Shown here: piece by piece, positions 1 to 8,198 of the stretch
How the letters are laid out: each line of letters starts with the position of its first letter
Numbering within the stretch: position 1 is the stretch's first letter
Assembly: GCA_963699145.1 (NCBI GenBank)
Contig: OY969416.1
Span: 1,246,456 to 1,310,455 of the forward strand
Length of the DNA stretch: 64,000 bases
Reading direction: 5' to 3'
Source: an uncultured Verrucomicrobiae bacterium
Lineage (GTDB): Bacteria; Verrucomicrobiota; Verrucomicrobiia; Limisphaerales; DASXHY01
Made by a program: the position numbers and the translations under genes
Notes under the pieces: model-generated
The model's input: the letters and a program-made list of their open reading frames with translations, nothing else
Databases searched by the model: none
What the model was told of the DNA's origin: nothing

Positions 1-345
1 GATTTGCCGGAATTGTTCGCTCGATTGCGCGCGCTGATCCGCCGCAGCGCCGGCCAGACGCGCAATGTGATTGAAGTCGGCGACGTGATGATCGATGTCG
101 CCGGGCGCCACGTCGCGCGCGCGGGCGAAGCGGTGCCGCTCACGGCGCGCGAATATGCGCTGCTCGAATATCTTGCGCTGCATCGCGGCGAGTTGGTCAC
201 GCGCACCACGCTTTACGAGCATCTCTTCGATGAGAATGACAGCACGATGTCCAATCTGCTCGACGTGCACGTGTCGAATCTGCGAAAAAAATTGGGCGCG
301 GAATTCATTTCCACGCGGCGCGGCCATGGGTATTGCATTGAATGA
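1..345 (+). CDS. OmpR/PhoB-family response regulator, C-terminal winged-helix DNA-binding domain (5' end cut by window edge)
   Basis: The frame is open to the window start. LTAREYALLEYLALHRGELVTR...LDVHVSNLRKKL...RGHGY fits the trans_reg_C wHTH pattern. A histidine kinase follows 8 nt downstream. Confidence 0.85.
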   Translation, partial: DLPELFARLRALIRRSAGQTRNVIEVGDVMIDVAGRHVARAGEAVPLTAREYALLEYLALHRGELVTRTTLYEHLFDENDSTMSNLLDVHVSNLRKKLGAEFISTRRGHGYCIE

Positions 346-352
346 ATGACCG

Positions 353-1996
353 ATGAATGACGAATTACAAATGGCGAATGGCGGCAAGGAACCTGCGGGT
401 TCGTCCATTCGTCATTCGTCATTTAGTTTTTTAAATTCCATTCGTTGGCGGTTGCAGATTTGGTACGGCTTGATCCTCGCGGTGCTGCTGGCTGGCTTTG
501 GCGCGACCGCGTTTCAACTGATGCGCGGTGGGACGTATCGACGGGTGGATGACGAACTGCAGCACCGCGTCGGTGAATTGTCTCAGTTGCTTCGACAACC
601 GCCGCGCAATCGCGGGCCGGAAGGCCGGCAAGGCGAGCGGCCATTCGATGGGCCGCCGGAGAATCAATTGCCTGACGGCCCGGGCGGTGACCGGGTGCGA
701 TTGTCCAACGAGCCGGCGCAGTTGCGCGATTTCAACGGTGGACCGCAGGGCCCCAGGGAGTTTCATCTTCCTCCCCGGCAAGCCCAGCTTTTTGACGAAA
801 CGGATACCAACGGATTTTATTTTATCATCTGGCGGCGTGATGGCACTGAGCTCGCGCGCTCGACGAATGCGCCGGCGCTGGAGCGAAAAGCGCATCCGGT
901 GGCCGTGACATCCTATGGCCACGGGGATCGCAACGGAGTCAACGGATTTTCCGGTCCGCCAGAATTTCGTCACGGTCCGCCAACCCCACAGCCGCCGGAA
1001 ATGAACGGGCTATTCAGGGAAACGGAAATGATCTTGCCGCCGGGCGACCGCGTATTGGTCGGCCGCTCCATCGCGCGCCAACTGGCCGAGTTGCGCAGCA
1101 CAGCCCTGATGCTCACCGCGACGGGCGCGGGAATTTTGCTGCTCGGCCTCGTCGGCGGCTGGTGGCTGGCCTCGCGCGCAATTCGTCCCATCGAGGACAT
1201 CAGTGCGACCGCGGCGAAGATTTCCGGCGGCGATTTGGCGCAGCGCATCAATGTGAGCGAGACCGAAAGCGAACTTGGCCGGCTCGCGGGCGTGTTGAAT
1301 TCCACGTTCGCGCGGCTCGACGCCGCGTTCGCCCAGCAGCGGCAATTTGCGTCGGACGCGGCGCACGAATTGCGCACGCCGGTTTCGGTGATGCTCACCC
1401 AAACGCAAACCGCGCTGCATCGGGAGCGCAGCGCGGCGGAGTATCGCGAAACGGTTGAATCCTGCCAGCGCGCGGCGCAACGGATGCGCCGGCTGATTGA
1501 ATCGCTGCTGGAGCTCGCCAAACTCGACGCCGGCCAGCAGCCGATGAAACGGGCGCGCTTTGATCTCGCCCAGACCGCGCGCGATTGCGTGGCGTTGATC
1601 GAGCCGCTAGCCGCCGCGCGTCATGTGAAAATTGTCTGCAACCTGTTGCCGCTGGAATGCGTGGGTGATTCCGAGCGTCTCGGCCAGGTCATCACGAACC
1701 TGCTGACCAACGCGATTACTTACAACCGGGAGAACGGCGAAGTGCGCGTCGAAGGGGAAACCAAAGATGGCACGGTGATTTTGCGCGTGAGCGATACGGG
1801 TGTGGGAGTTTCCGCCGAAGATTTGCCGCGCGTGTTCGACCGGTTTTATCGCGTGGACAGTTCCCGCACCTCGGGCAACACCGGCCTGGGCCTGGCGATT
1901 TCCAAAGCGATTGTGGATGCGCACGGTGGGCAGATTGAAGTGGCGAGCGAGCCGGAGCAGGGAACTGTGTTTACGGTGCGCCTTCCCCTATCGTAA
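353..1996 (+). CDS. Sensor histidine kinase (TM - Pro/Gly-rich periplasmic region - TM - HAMP - HisKA - HATPase_c)
   Basis: 547-aa ORF with H-box SDAAHELRTP, N-box LTNAITYN and G-boxes DTGVGV and GLGLAI, paired with the upstream regulator. The first ~25 codons lie in a heptamer-repeat hairpin, so the start could be 353 or 371. Confidence 0.9.
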   Translation: MNDELQMANGGKEPAGSSIRHSSFSFLNSIRWRLQIWYGLILAVLLAGFGATAFQLMRGGTYRRVDDELQHRVGELSQLLRQPPRNRGPEGRQGERPFDGPPENQLPDGPGGDRVRLSNEPAQLRDFNGGPQGPREFHLPPRQAQLFDETDTNGFYFIIWRRDGTELARSTNAPALERKAHPVAVTSYGHGDRNGVNGFSGPPEFRHGPPTPQPPEMNGLFRETEMILPPGDRVLVGRSIARQLAELRSTALMLTATGAGILLLGLVGGWWLASRAIRPIEDISATAAKISGGDLAQRINVSETESELGRLAGVLNSTFARLDAAFAQQRQFASDAAHELRTPVSVMLTQTQTALHRERSAAEYRETVESCQRAAQRMRRLIESLLELAKLDAGQQPMKRARFDLAQTARDCVALIEPLAAARHVKIVCNLLPLECVGDSERLGQVITNLLTNAITYNRENGEVRVEGETKDGTVILRVSDTGVGVSAEDLPRVFDRFYRVDSSRTSGNTGLGLAISKAIVDAHGGQIEVASEPEQGTVFTVRLPLS

Positions 1997-2036
1997 AAGT
2001 TCCACGAAAGAAAACGAAGATTCGGGTCAATCCCAG

Positions 2037-2529
2037 GGCTGACGCATCTAAAATTCAAGAATTCTGAAAAGAAGACTAAGCCGGAACCATGCAGTTAGAT
2101 AGAAAGGCGGATTAACGCAGAGACGCGGAGGACGCAGAGTTTCGCAGAGGATAAGCCCTGTTCCGATGGGCCACTGAATGGTGACTTTGATAAATATTAA
2201 AACTCCGCGCGGCTTTGCGTTCTCCGCGTCTCTGCGTTTGTTGGGGAACGGTTTGAACTGCATGGTCCGGCTAAGGGATTCAGTTCCACGGCATTCAAAA
2301 GACGGGAAGCATAAGGGGGATGTCTGCTTCAAGATCACAGCTTACTCGCAAGGAGGACTGAAAGTAAAAACACGATTCTGAAAATGAACTACCCAATTTA
2401 TACCGGGGAAATGGGGTAGTTCAAATTTTAAACCGAATCAGTTCACTGTCGAGCCAAAAATGCTGCGGAAAAAATGCTGCGGAAAAAATGCTTCGGGAAA
2501 ACTCTTCTACAATTCAGATGCGCCAGGCC
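2037..2529. mobile_element. MITE-like non-coding element, family 1, copy A (inverted relative to copies B and C; carries a nested insertion and a short internal tandem duplication)
   Basis: Its ends ggctgacgcatctaaa ... (degenerate) ttcagatgcgccaggcc match the TIRs of the copies at 8199-8467 and 34144-34421. The internal sequence is collinear with the reverse complement of those copies. No credible ORF. Confidence 0.75.
2081..2270. mobile_element. Nested MITE-like element, family 2 (190 bp), inserted into family-1 copy A
   Basis: TIRs ccggaaccatgcagtt / aactgcatggtccgg. Flanked by a direct CTAAG at 2076-2080 and 2271-2275. Copies B and C are uninterrupted at this site. Internal ~24-bp inverted repeat aacgcagagacgcggag...ctccgcgtctctgcgtt. 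Confidence 0.75.
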
Positions 2530-2569
2530 TGGGGTTAATCCTCGTTTTTGACTGCGGCTGTTCCGTTCC

Positions 2570-3049
2570 TCACGCTTTTAGCTTTGCCAGCTTCTGTTCA
2601 AACCCCGCAACGAAGTAGTGTTTGCGTTTGTGCAAAATCTTGTGGCCTTCGGCCACCAGTTTTTTCTTCAGGCCGGGAATGCCGCCGGGATATTTCGGGT
2701 TGATTTCGCCGCCGGATTTCAGAGTGCGCCAATAACACGTTGTGCGTTTCTTGCCCTCGGTTTCGGCTTCCGCGGCGGCGTGCGCGGCGATCCATGCGAA
2801 AATACCGGTCGTGATCGGGCAGGCGAGGGTGGTGCGATGCCGCCGGGCCAGGGTGGTGCGCATTTCATCGATGGTGGTCAGCTTGCCTTTCGGCACGCGC
2901 CGCATGAGTTCGTTGACTTCCATGGGGCAAGGAATCACGCAGGTGCCCGGGCCCCAGCGTTTGCTCTGTTTGTCCGAGAGTTCGAAAACGGTGGGAAGCC
3001 CTTTGTGGTCGGCGAGTTTTTCCTGCCAGGATTTTTTTGCGTGGTTCAT
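2570..3049 (-). CDS. MGMT-family (alkyltransferase DNA-binding-domain-like) protein
   Basis: 159-aa ORF with good GC3 bias. The ...TTGIFAWIAAHAAAE...YWRTLKSGGEINPKYPGG pattern resembles MGMT/Atl-like proteins. The function call rests on recall only. Confidence 0.55.
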   Translation of the reverse strand: MNHAKKSWQEKLADHKGLPTVFELSDKQSKRWGPGTCVIPCPMEVNELMRRVPKGKLTTIDEMRTTLARRHRTTLACPITTGIFAWIAAHAAAEAETEGKKRTTCYWRTLKSGGEINPKYPGGIPGLKKKLVAEGHKILHKRKHYFVAGFEQKLAKLKA

Positions 3050-3314
3050 TTGGGGAATTGGTTGAATGCCGCTTGAAAAATAAAATGAGGCCGGGCCGCC
3101 GTTTGGGGCAGTCGCACGGAGCGGCGCCAGCTCAAAGCCGCGCCAGTCAGATATCTCATGAGTCGTTTTCTCATACCTAATGATTGGACGTTTTTCATAC
3201 CGGACTATTCAACGTATTTCCAGAAAACTTAAGGTGTAGAGCTCGGGCAGCCAGTCTGCCGGAGCGATAAATCGAATTGACGCGCTGCGCAAGAAAAGTT
3301 CTGATTTCGGTCGC

Positions 3315-4217
3315 ATGAAAATCCTTCCTTCGACTCTTTTGATAGCGTTGCTCGGAACGAAACTTTTGGCCCAGGACATGACTACTTCAAATTCAAACAC
3401 CGGAACCAGCGGAGAGTTTCCCTTGTGGAAGGGCGCTGCGCCCGGTGCGCTTGGCACCGAGGCAAAGGATATCCCCACGCTTACGCCCTTCATTGCCACG
3501 AACGGCACCGGCGCGGCTTTGATTGTTTGCCCCGGCGGGGGTTACTCGCGGCTCGCCCCGCATGAAGGGCACGATTACGCGCTTTGGCTCAACAGCCGGG
3601 GCATCTCGGCCTTCGTGCTCAAATACCGGCTCGGCGCGGACGGCTATCGTTATCCCGCTGAATACCAGGATGTCGCGCGGGCGATTCGCCTGGTGCGCTC
3701 GCTCGCGAAGGAATGGAACCTCGACCCGGAACGCATCGGCGTGATGGGCTCCTCCGCCGGCGGGCACGTGGCGTCAATGGCGATGACGCATTTCGATGCG
3801 GGCGATACGAATGCGACTGATGTGATCGAGCGTGTCAGTTCACGGCCTAATCTTGCGATTCTTTGTTATCCGGTCGTTTCGATGGGTAAATTCGCGCATC
3901 ACGGTTCCAGGGTGAATTTGATCGGCACGAATCCGCCGCCGGCGTTGGTGGAGGAAACGTCCAGCGAACTGCAGGTGAAGAAGGACTCGCCGCCGTGTTT
4001 TCTTTGGAGCACGGACGAGGACAAAACGGTGCCGATCGAAAACACGCTCGATTTCGCCGCCGCCTTGCGCAAAGCCGGGGTGCCGTTTGAGCTGCACGTC
4101 TATCAACGCGGTCCGCACGGGCAGGGTTTGGGCAGTCACACGTATGACCCGACGAAATTTCTGCCGTGGGTGGGCGAGTGCGGGCGGTGGCTGAAAGAGC
4201 AGGGATACGGGAATTGA
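3315..4217 (+). CDS. Secreted alpha/beta hydrolase (esterase/lipase fold-3 type)
   Basis: N-terminal signal peptide MKILPSTLLIALLGTKLLA. Oxyanion-region CPGGGY and nucleophile elbow GSSAGGH. Late D and H residues are consistent with a catalytic triad. Confidence 0.85.
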   Translation: MKILPSTLLIALLGTKLLAQDMTTSNSNTGTSGEFPLWKGAAPGALGTEAKDIPTLTPFIATNGTGAALIVCPGGGYSRLAPHEGHDYALWLNSRGISAFVLKYRLGADGYRYPAEYQDVARAIRLVRSLAKEWNLDPERIGVMGSSAGGHVASMAMTHFDAGDTNATDVIERVSSRPNLAILCYPVVSMGKFAHHGSRVNLIGTNPPPALVEETSSELQVKKDSPPCFLWSTDEDKTVPIENTLDFAAALRKAGVPFELHVYQRGPHGQGLGSHTYDPTKFLPWVGECGRWLKEQGYGN

Positions 4218-4319
4218 GCTCCAAATTCCAAGCACCAAGCTTCAGAGAAACTCCAAGTTCCAAGTTCCAAATTTCAAAGGGCGCGGTGGTTGGAGCTTGG
4301 ATGTTGGTGCTTGGAGCTT
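4218..4319. repeat. Intergenic hairpin with heptamer-periodic arms (ttccaag type)
   Basis: The left arm ctccaag ttccaag ttccaaa... pairs with the right arm ...cttggatgttggtgcttggagc. It begins immediately after the stop codon at 4215-4217. Related copies at 10493-10625 and 39438-39500. Confidence 0.8.
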
Positions 4320-4413
4320 CTGTCCGCGGGCGGTCGAATCCTACGCCAAAATTGTAATTGCCTGTCCCCAGGCTTTGGCCTAGGTGTTAGATGGCAAAAA
4401 AGAAAGGTGAACT

Positions 4414-5022
4414 ATGAGCGTACTTGGACTTGGTTTAATGATTCTGCTCGGCAGCCTCATCGTCCTGTTTTTCCTCGTGATGTATGTCGTCAGCGCCTAC
4501 AACCGGCTCGTTTCGCTGCGCAATCGCTACAAAAACGCTTACGCGCAAATCGACGTGCAGCTCAAGCGCCGCTATGACCTCATTCCGAACCTCGTGGAAA
4601 CGGCGAAGGGTTATATCAAGCACGAGCGCGAAACGTTGGAGAATGTGATCAAGGCGCGCAATGTCGCCTCCACCGCCGCGCAAACCGCTGCCGCGAATCC
4701 CGGCGATGCCGCTGCGATGAAAAATTTGGGTTCCGCTGAAACCGGCCTTGCCGGCACGCTCGGCCGTTTGCTCATGGTTTCTGAATCGTATCCCGACCTG
4801 AAAGCGAACCAGAACATGATGCAGCTCACGGAGGAATTGACCTCCACGGAAAATAAAATCTCTTTCGCGCGCCAGGCTTACAACGATTCTGTGATGAGCT
4901 ACAACACGCAGCGCGAAGTATTCCCCGCGAACTTCATCGCCAGCTCCTTCAACTTCGCCCCGGCGGAATCATTCGTGATTGATAAGCCGGAGGAAAAGGA
5001 GGCGCCGAAGGTGCAGTTTTAG
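4414..5022 (+). CDS. lemA: LemA family protein
   Basis: N-terminal TM helix, then YNRLVSLRNRYKNAYAQIDVQLKRRYDLIPNLVETAKGY and SYPDLKANQNMMQLTEEL, which are typical LemA blocks. Confidence 0.9.
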   Translation: MSVLGLGLMILLGSLIVLFFLVMYVVSAYNRLVSLRNRYKNAYAQIDVQLKRRYDLIPNLVETAKGYIKHERETLENVIKARNVASTAAQTAAANPGDAAAMKNLGSAETGLAGTLGRLLMVSESYPDLKANQNMMQLTEELTSTENKISFARQAYNDSVMSYNTQREVFPANFIASSFNFAPAESFVIDKPEEKEAPKVQF

Positions 5023-5179
5023 CGTCGAATGACGAATAGTCTGTAAATTATCCGGCTCGTCCCGGCCGAATTGCAGAGAGAAGGAAATAGGCGCGTTGCT
5101 TCACGATTTTGCCAGGCGATGATACGTTTTTCGAAAAGCAGGCTCTAAATTATGAACCACTGACCTTGGCCGCTGTGCG

Positions 5180-5207
5180 TTGACATTTCGGCTGAACCCG
5201 TTAGCCT
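5180..5207 (+). promoter_or_regulatory. Possible sigma70-type promoter of the toxin-antitoxin pair
   Basis: TTGACA (5180-5185), a 16-nt spacer, then TAGCCT (5202-5207), ending 7 nt before the GTG start at 5214. This would give a near-leaderless mRNA. Motif match only. Confidence 0.25.
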
Positions 5208-5213
5208 TTAATC

Positions 5214-5450
5214 GTGACCGTAGATACCAAAGAATTTGAGAATCACCCGGCTGAATATCTCGGGAAAATTCAGACCACGGGCGAAAGCATCACCATTGTC
5301 GCGGAAGCGAAGCCGGTGGCGCTCTTGATTCCTTTGTCCGCGGCCAAATCCGGCAATGGATCGAATTTAATTGATCGGCTGATTGCCCAACCGTTGCTCG
5401 TAAAAAATTTCGCGCCTTTATCTCGCGCTGAAATTTATGACGCAGAATAA
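5214..5450 (+). CDS. Type II antitoxin (Phd/YefM-like)
   Basis: 78-aa ORF with a GTG start. The N-terminal pattern ...ENHPAEYLGKIQTTGESITIVAEAKPVALLIP is typical of Phd/YefM. It overlaps the downstream PIN toxin gene by 14 nt. Confidence 0.75.
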   Translation: MTVDTKEFENHPAEYLGKIQTTGESITIVAEAKPVALLIPLSAAKSGNGSNLIDRLIAQPLLVKNFAPLSRAEIYDAE

Positions 5451-5871
5451 CGGCCTCGCCTTTGCCGACACAAATATCTGGCTCTACGCGTTTATTCGCG
5501 GCCAGTCCGCGGAAAAAACACCGGTTGCCCAGTCGATCATTTCCAACCGGCGATTTATCATCAGCACGCAGGTCATTTCGGAAGTGTGCGTCAATCTTGT
5601 TCGCAAGGCGTCCTTCTCGGAACCACAAATTCGCGAGCTCATAGCGGCATTTTTTCAAAATCATACCGTCATTTTGCCCAATGAAGAAACGCTCCTCGCT
5701 GCTTCGAGGCTGCGCGAACAGCATGGACTGGCCTATTGGGACAGTCTCCTTATCTCCGCCGCCTTGAGCGCGGGCGCAACGCAGTTTTATTCCGAGGACA
5801 TGCAGGATGGCCGGGTGTTTGAGGGCAGGCTGCAAATTGTGAACCCTTTTGAAAAAAGGGCTTCTGGATAG
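5437..5871 (+). CDS. vapC: Type II toxin, PIN-domain ribonuclease VapC
   Basis: Conserved acidic positions of the PIN fold are present: FADTNIW, ISEV, YWDSLL, YSEDMQ. 144 aa. Coupled to the upstream antitoxin. Confidence 0.85.
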   Translation: MTQNNGLAFADTNIWLYAFIRGQSAEKTPVAQSIISNRRFIISTQVISEVCVNLVRKASFSEPQIRELIAAFFQNHTVILPNEETLLAASRLREQHGLAYWDSLLISAALSAGATQFYSEDMQDGRVFEGRLQIVNPFEKRASG

Positions 5872-5877
5872 GCGGTC

Positions 5878-7833
5878 ATGGACTTCTTCGAGCGACAGGA
5901 AAAGGCGCGGCGGAATACCAAGGTTCTGGTCGTTTATTTCATCGCGGGCGTGGCGATGTTGATCCTGGTGGTTTATCTCGTGGTGGCCACGGCATTCACC
6001 GCGGCTGGGTTGCGTCACCGCAATAGATCTAGCAACTACTACGATTACAGCACGCAGCTTGAGGCGCAACGCAACCCGCTTTGGAATCCAAAACTCTTTC
6101 TCGGCGTGGCGATCGGCACGCTGGCGGTGATCGGCATCGGCAGTGGCTTCAAAATCGTGGAACTGGCGCAGGGCGGCAGCGCGGTTTCATCCATGATGGG
6201 TGGCCGTTTGGTGAGCCCCAACACCACCGATCTGGACGAGCGCAAGTTGTTGAATGTGGTTGAGGAAATGGCACTCGCGTCCGGCGTGCCCGTGCCGCAG
6301 GTCTACGTGATGGACCAGGAGGAGGGCATCAATGCTTTCGCCGCGGGCCACACGACCAGTGACGCCACCGTCACCGTCACGCGCGGTTGCATGAAATTGC
6401 TCTCGCGCGATGAATTGCAGGGCGTCATCGCGCACGAGTTCAGCCACATCCTGAACGGCGACATGCGGCTCAACCTGCGATTGCTCGGAATCATTTTCGG
6501 CATCCTGTGTCTCGCGGTTATCGGCCGCGTCCTGTTGTATGCGCGCGGCGGCAACAGTCGCGATCGGAATGCATTGCCGCTGCTGGGCCTCGCGTTGCTC
6601 GCGGTTGGTTACGTTGGAGTCTTCTTTGGGCGATTGATTCAGGCGGCGGTGAGCCGGCAGCGTGAATTTCTCGCGGATGCCTCGGCGGTGCAGTTCACGC
6701 GCAATCCGCTCGGCCTGGCCGGCGCGTTGAAAAAAATCGGCGGCCTCGGGGAAAACGGTTCGCGCGTGGGCGCCGCGCATTCGGAGGAGGTCTCGCATAT
6801 GTTTTTCAGCAACGGCATGCCCACGCCGCTGTTCGGTTTGCTGGCTACGCACCCGTCGCTGGAAGAACGCATCCGTGCCATCGAACCGGATTTCGACGGA
6901 AAATTTGTTCCCACGCGCTACGCGGAGGAGGATGATTCCGAATATCGCGCCATTCTGGCCGCTGCACCGTCGCGTCGCCCGGCGATTCCACCCGTGCTGC
7001 CAGTCGCCATGGCCGCGGTCATGCCGAATCTCGGGGAGCCGAATACGGCGCACCTGCATTATGCGGTGGAATTGCGCAATTCATTTTCGCCCGCGCTGAA
7101 AGACGCGGCGCGCGATGCCATGGGCGCGTCCGCCGTGGTTTACGGATTGCTGATGTCCACGGACTCTGCGATGCGCGCGAAGCAGCTCGATTTGCTCGCG
7201 CAAAACACTTCGGCGGCCGTGCGACAGGAAACGGAGCGCTTGCTGCCGCAAATCGATGCCGTGGCGACGAATGCCAAATTGCCGCTCGTGGATCTCGCGT
7301 TGCCCGGATTGCGCCAGCTTTCGCCCGCGCAATACCAGCAATTCAACCAGGCCACGCAGGCGCTCATCGAGGCGGACGGCGAAGTCGATTTATTTGAATA
7401 CGTGCTGCAGAAAATTGTGCTGCGGCATTTGGATGGCCAATTCAACGGCGCGCGCCGGAGCATCGTGCAATATTACGCGCTCAAGCCGCTGGCGACGGAT
7501 TGTTCCGTGTTGCTTTCCGCGCTTGCGCATGTCAGTTCCGAGGATCCCGCGCAATGCGAAGCGGCGTTCCAGAATGGCGCGCGCGACCTGAGCGCTTACG
7601 CCCAGGCGCAAATCGTCTACGTCAGTTCTGACGATTGCGATCTGCCACATGTAGACACCGCGCTGGACCGACTGAATCAAGCCGCGCCGCAAATTAAAAA
7701 AACCGTGCTGAACGCCTGCGTGCAAGTGGTCGCGGCGGACGGGGTCATTCAGGAAATGGAAGCCGAATTACTTCGCGCCATCGCGGATGCGCTCGATTGC
7801 CCGATGCCGCCGTTTTTGCAGGCAAATACCTAA
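5878..7833 (+). CDS. M48-family (HtpX-like) zinc metallopeptidase with a long C-terminal TerB-like extension
   Basis: TM helices flank HEFSHILNGD (HExxH). Downstream REFLADASAV and HPSLEERI. The C-terminal ~300 aa contain ADGEVDLFEY and AADGVIQEMEAELL, which are TerB-like motifs. Confidence 0.85.
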   Translation: MDFFERQEKARRNTKVLVVYFIAGVAMLILVVYLVVATAFTAAGLRHRNRSSNYYDYSTQLEAQRNPLWNPKLFLGVAIGTLAVIGIGSGFKIVELAQGGSAVSSMMGGRLVSPNTTDLDERKLLNVVEEMALASGVPVPQVYVMDQEEGINAFAAGHTTSDATVTVTRGCMKLLSRDELQGVIAHEFSHILNGDMRLNLRLLGIIFGILCLAVIGRVLLYARGGNSRDRNALPLLGLALLAVGYVGVFFGRLIQAAVSRQREFLADASAVQFTRNPLGLAGALKKIGGLGENGSRVGAAHSEEVSHMFFSNGMPTPLFGLLATHPSLEERIRAIEPDFDGKFVPTRYAEEDDSEYRAILAAAPSRRPAIPPVLPVAMAAVMPNLGEPNTAHLHYAVELRNSFSPALKDAARDAMGASAVVYGLLMSTDSAMRAKQLDLLAQNTSAAVRQETERLLPQIDAVATNAKLPLVDLALPGLRQLSPAQYQQFNQATQALIEADGEVDLFEYVLQKIVLRHLDGQFNGARRSIVQYYALKPLATDCSVLLSALAHVSSEDPAQCEAAFQNGARDLSAYAQAQIVYVSSDDCDLPHVDTALDRLNQAAPQIKKTVLNACVQVVAADGVIQEMEAELLRAIADALDCPMPPFLQANT

Positions 7834-8164
7834 AAGCGGCAGAGGGCTCTGAGCATTACCCACATCTCAAGTTCATTATTGCGCGGCAAAAAGCTCAACT
7901 ATCCACCGGGGTTGCGGCGCGAAAGGCGGTTCGACACAACCCTTTCAGGGTTGAACACGGTTTTTACGATCCACTTCCCAGGGTAGCCTCGCCGACTCGG
8001 CAACCCTGGGCTGATTGACGGAATCCCTTTGGGATTCTTGAAAGGATTGAACATGATTTGGGTGATGCTCGGAGAGGGCTGCCGCACTCCAAAACCTGGC
8101 GGAAAGTCCGAGCGTCCATGACTCGCGCCAGCGTCTTGGACTACGGCAGCCCTCTGCCGCTTTC
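7833..8164. repeat. Family-4 palindromic repeat (gcggcagagggctgccgcactcc type), interrupted by a family-3 element
   Basis: The left end aaagcggcagagggct (7833-7848) and the remainder agagggctgccgcactccaaaacctggcgg...ggcagccctctgccgctttcc (8073-8164) together reconstitute the ~100-bp element seen intact at 28783-28883. Confidence 0.75.
7849..8072. mobile_element. MITE-like element, family 3 (224 bp), inserted into the family-4 repeat
   Basis: TIRs ctgagcattacccacatc / gatttgggtgatgctcgg match at 15 of 18 positions. An 8-bp direct duplication AGAGGGCT lies at 7841-7848 and 8073-8080. No ORF. Confidence 0.7.
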
Positions 8165-8198
8165 CTGCGGATTCGGAATATTGTTCCAAATCAGATAA

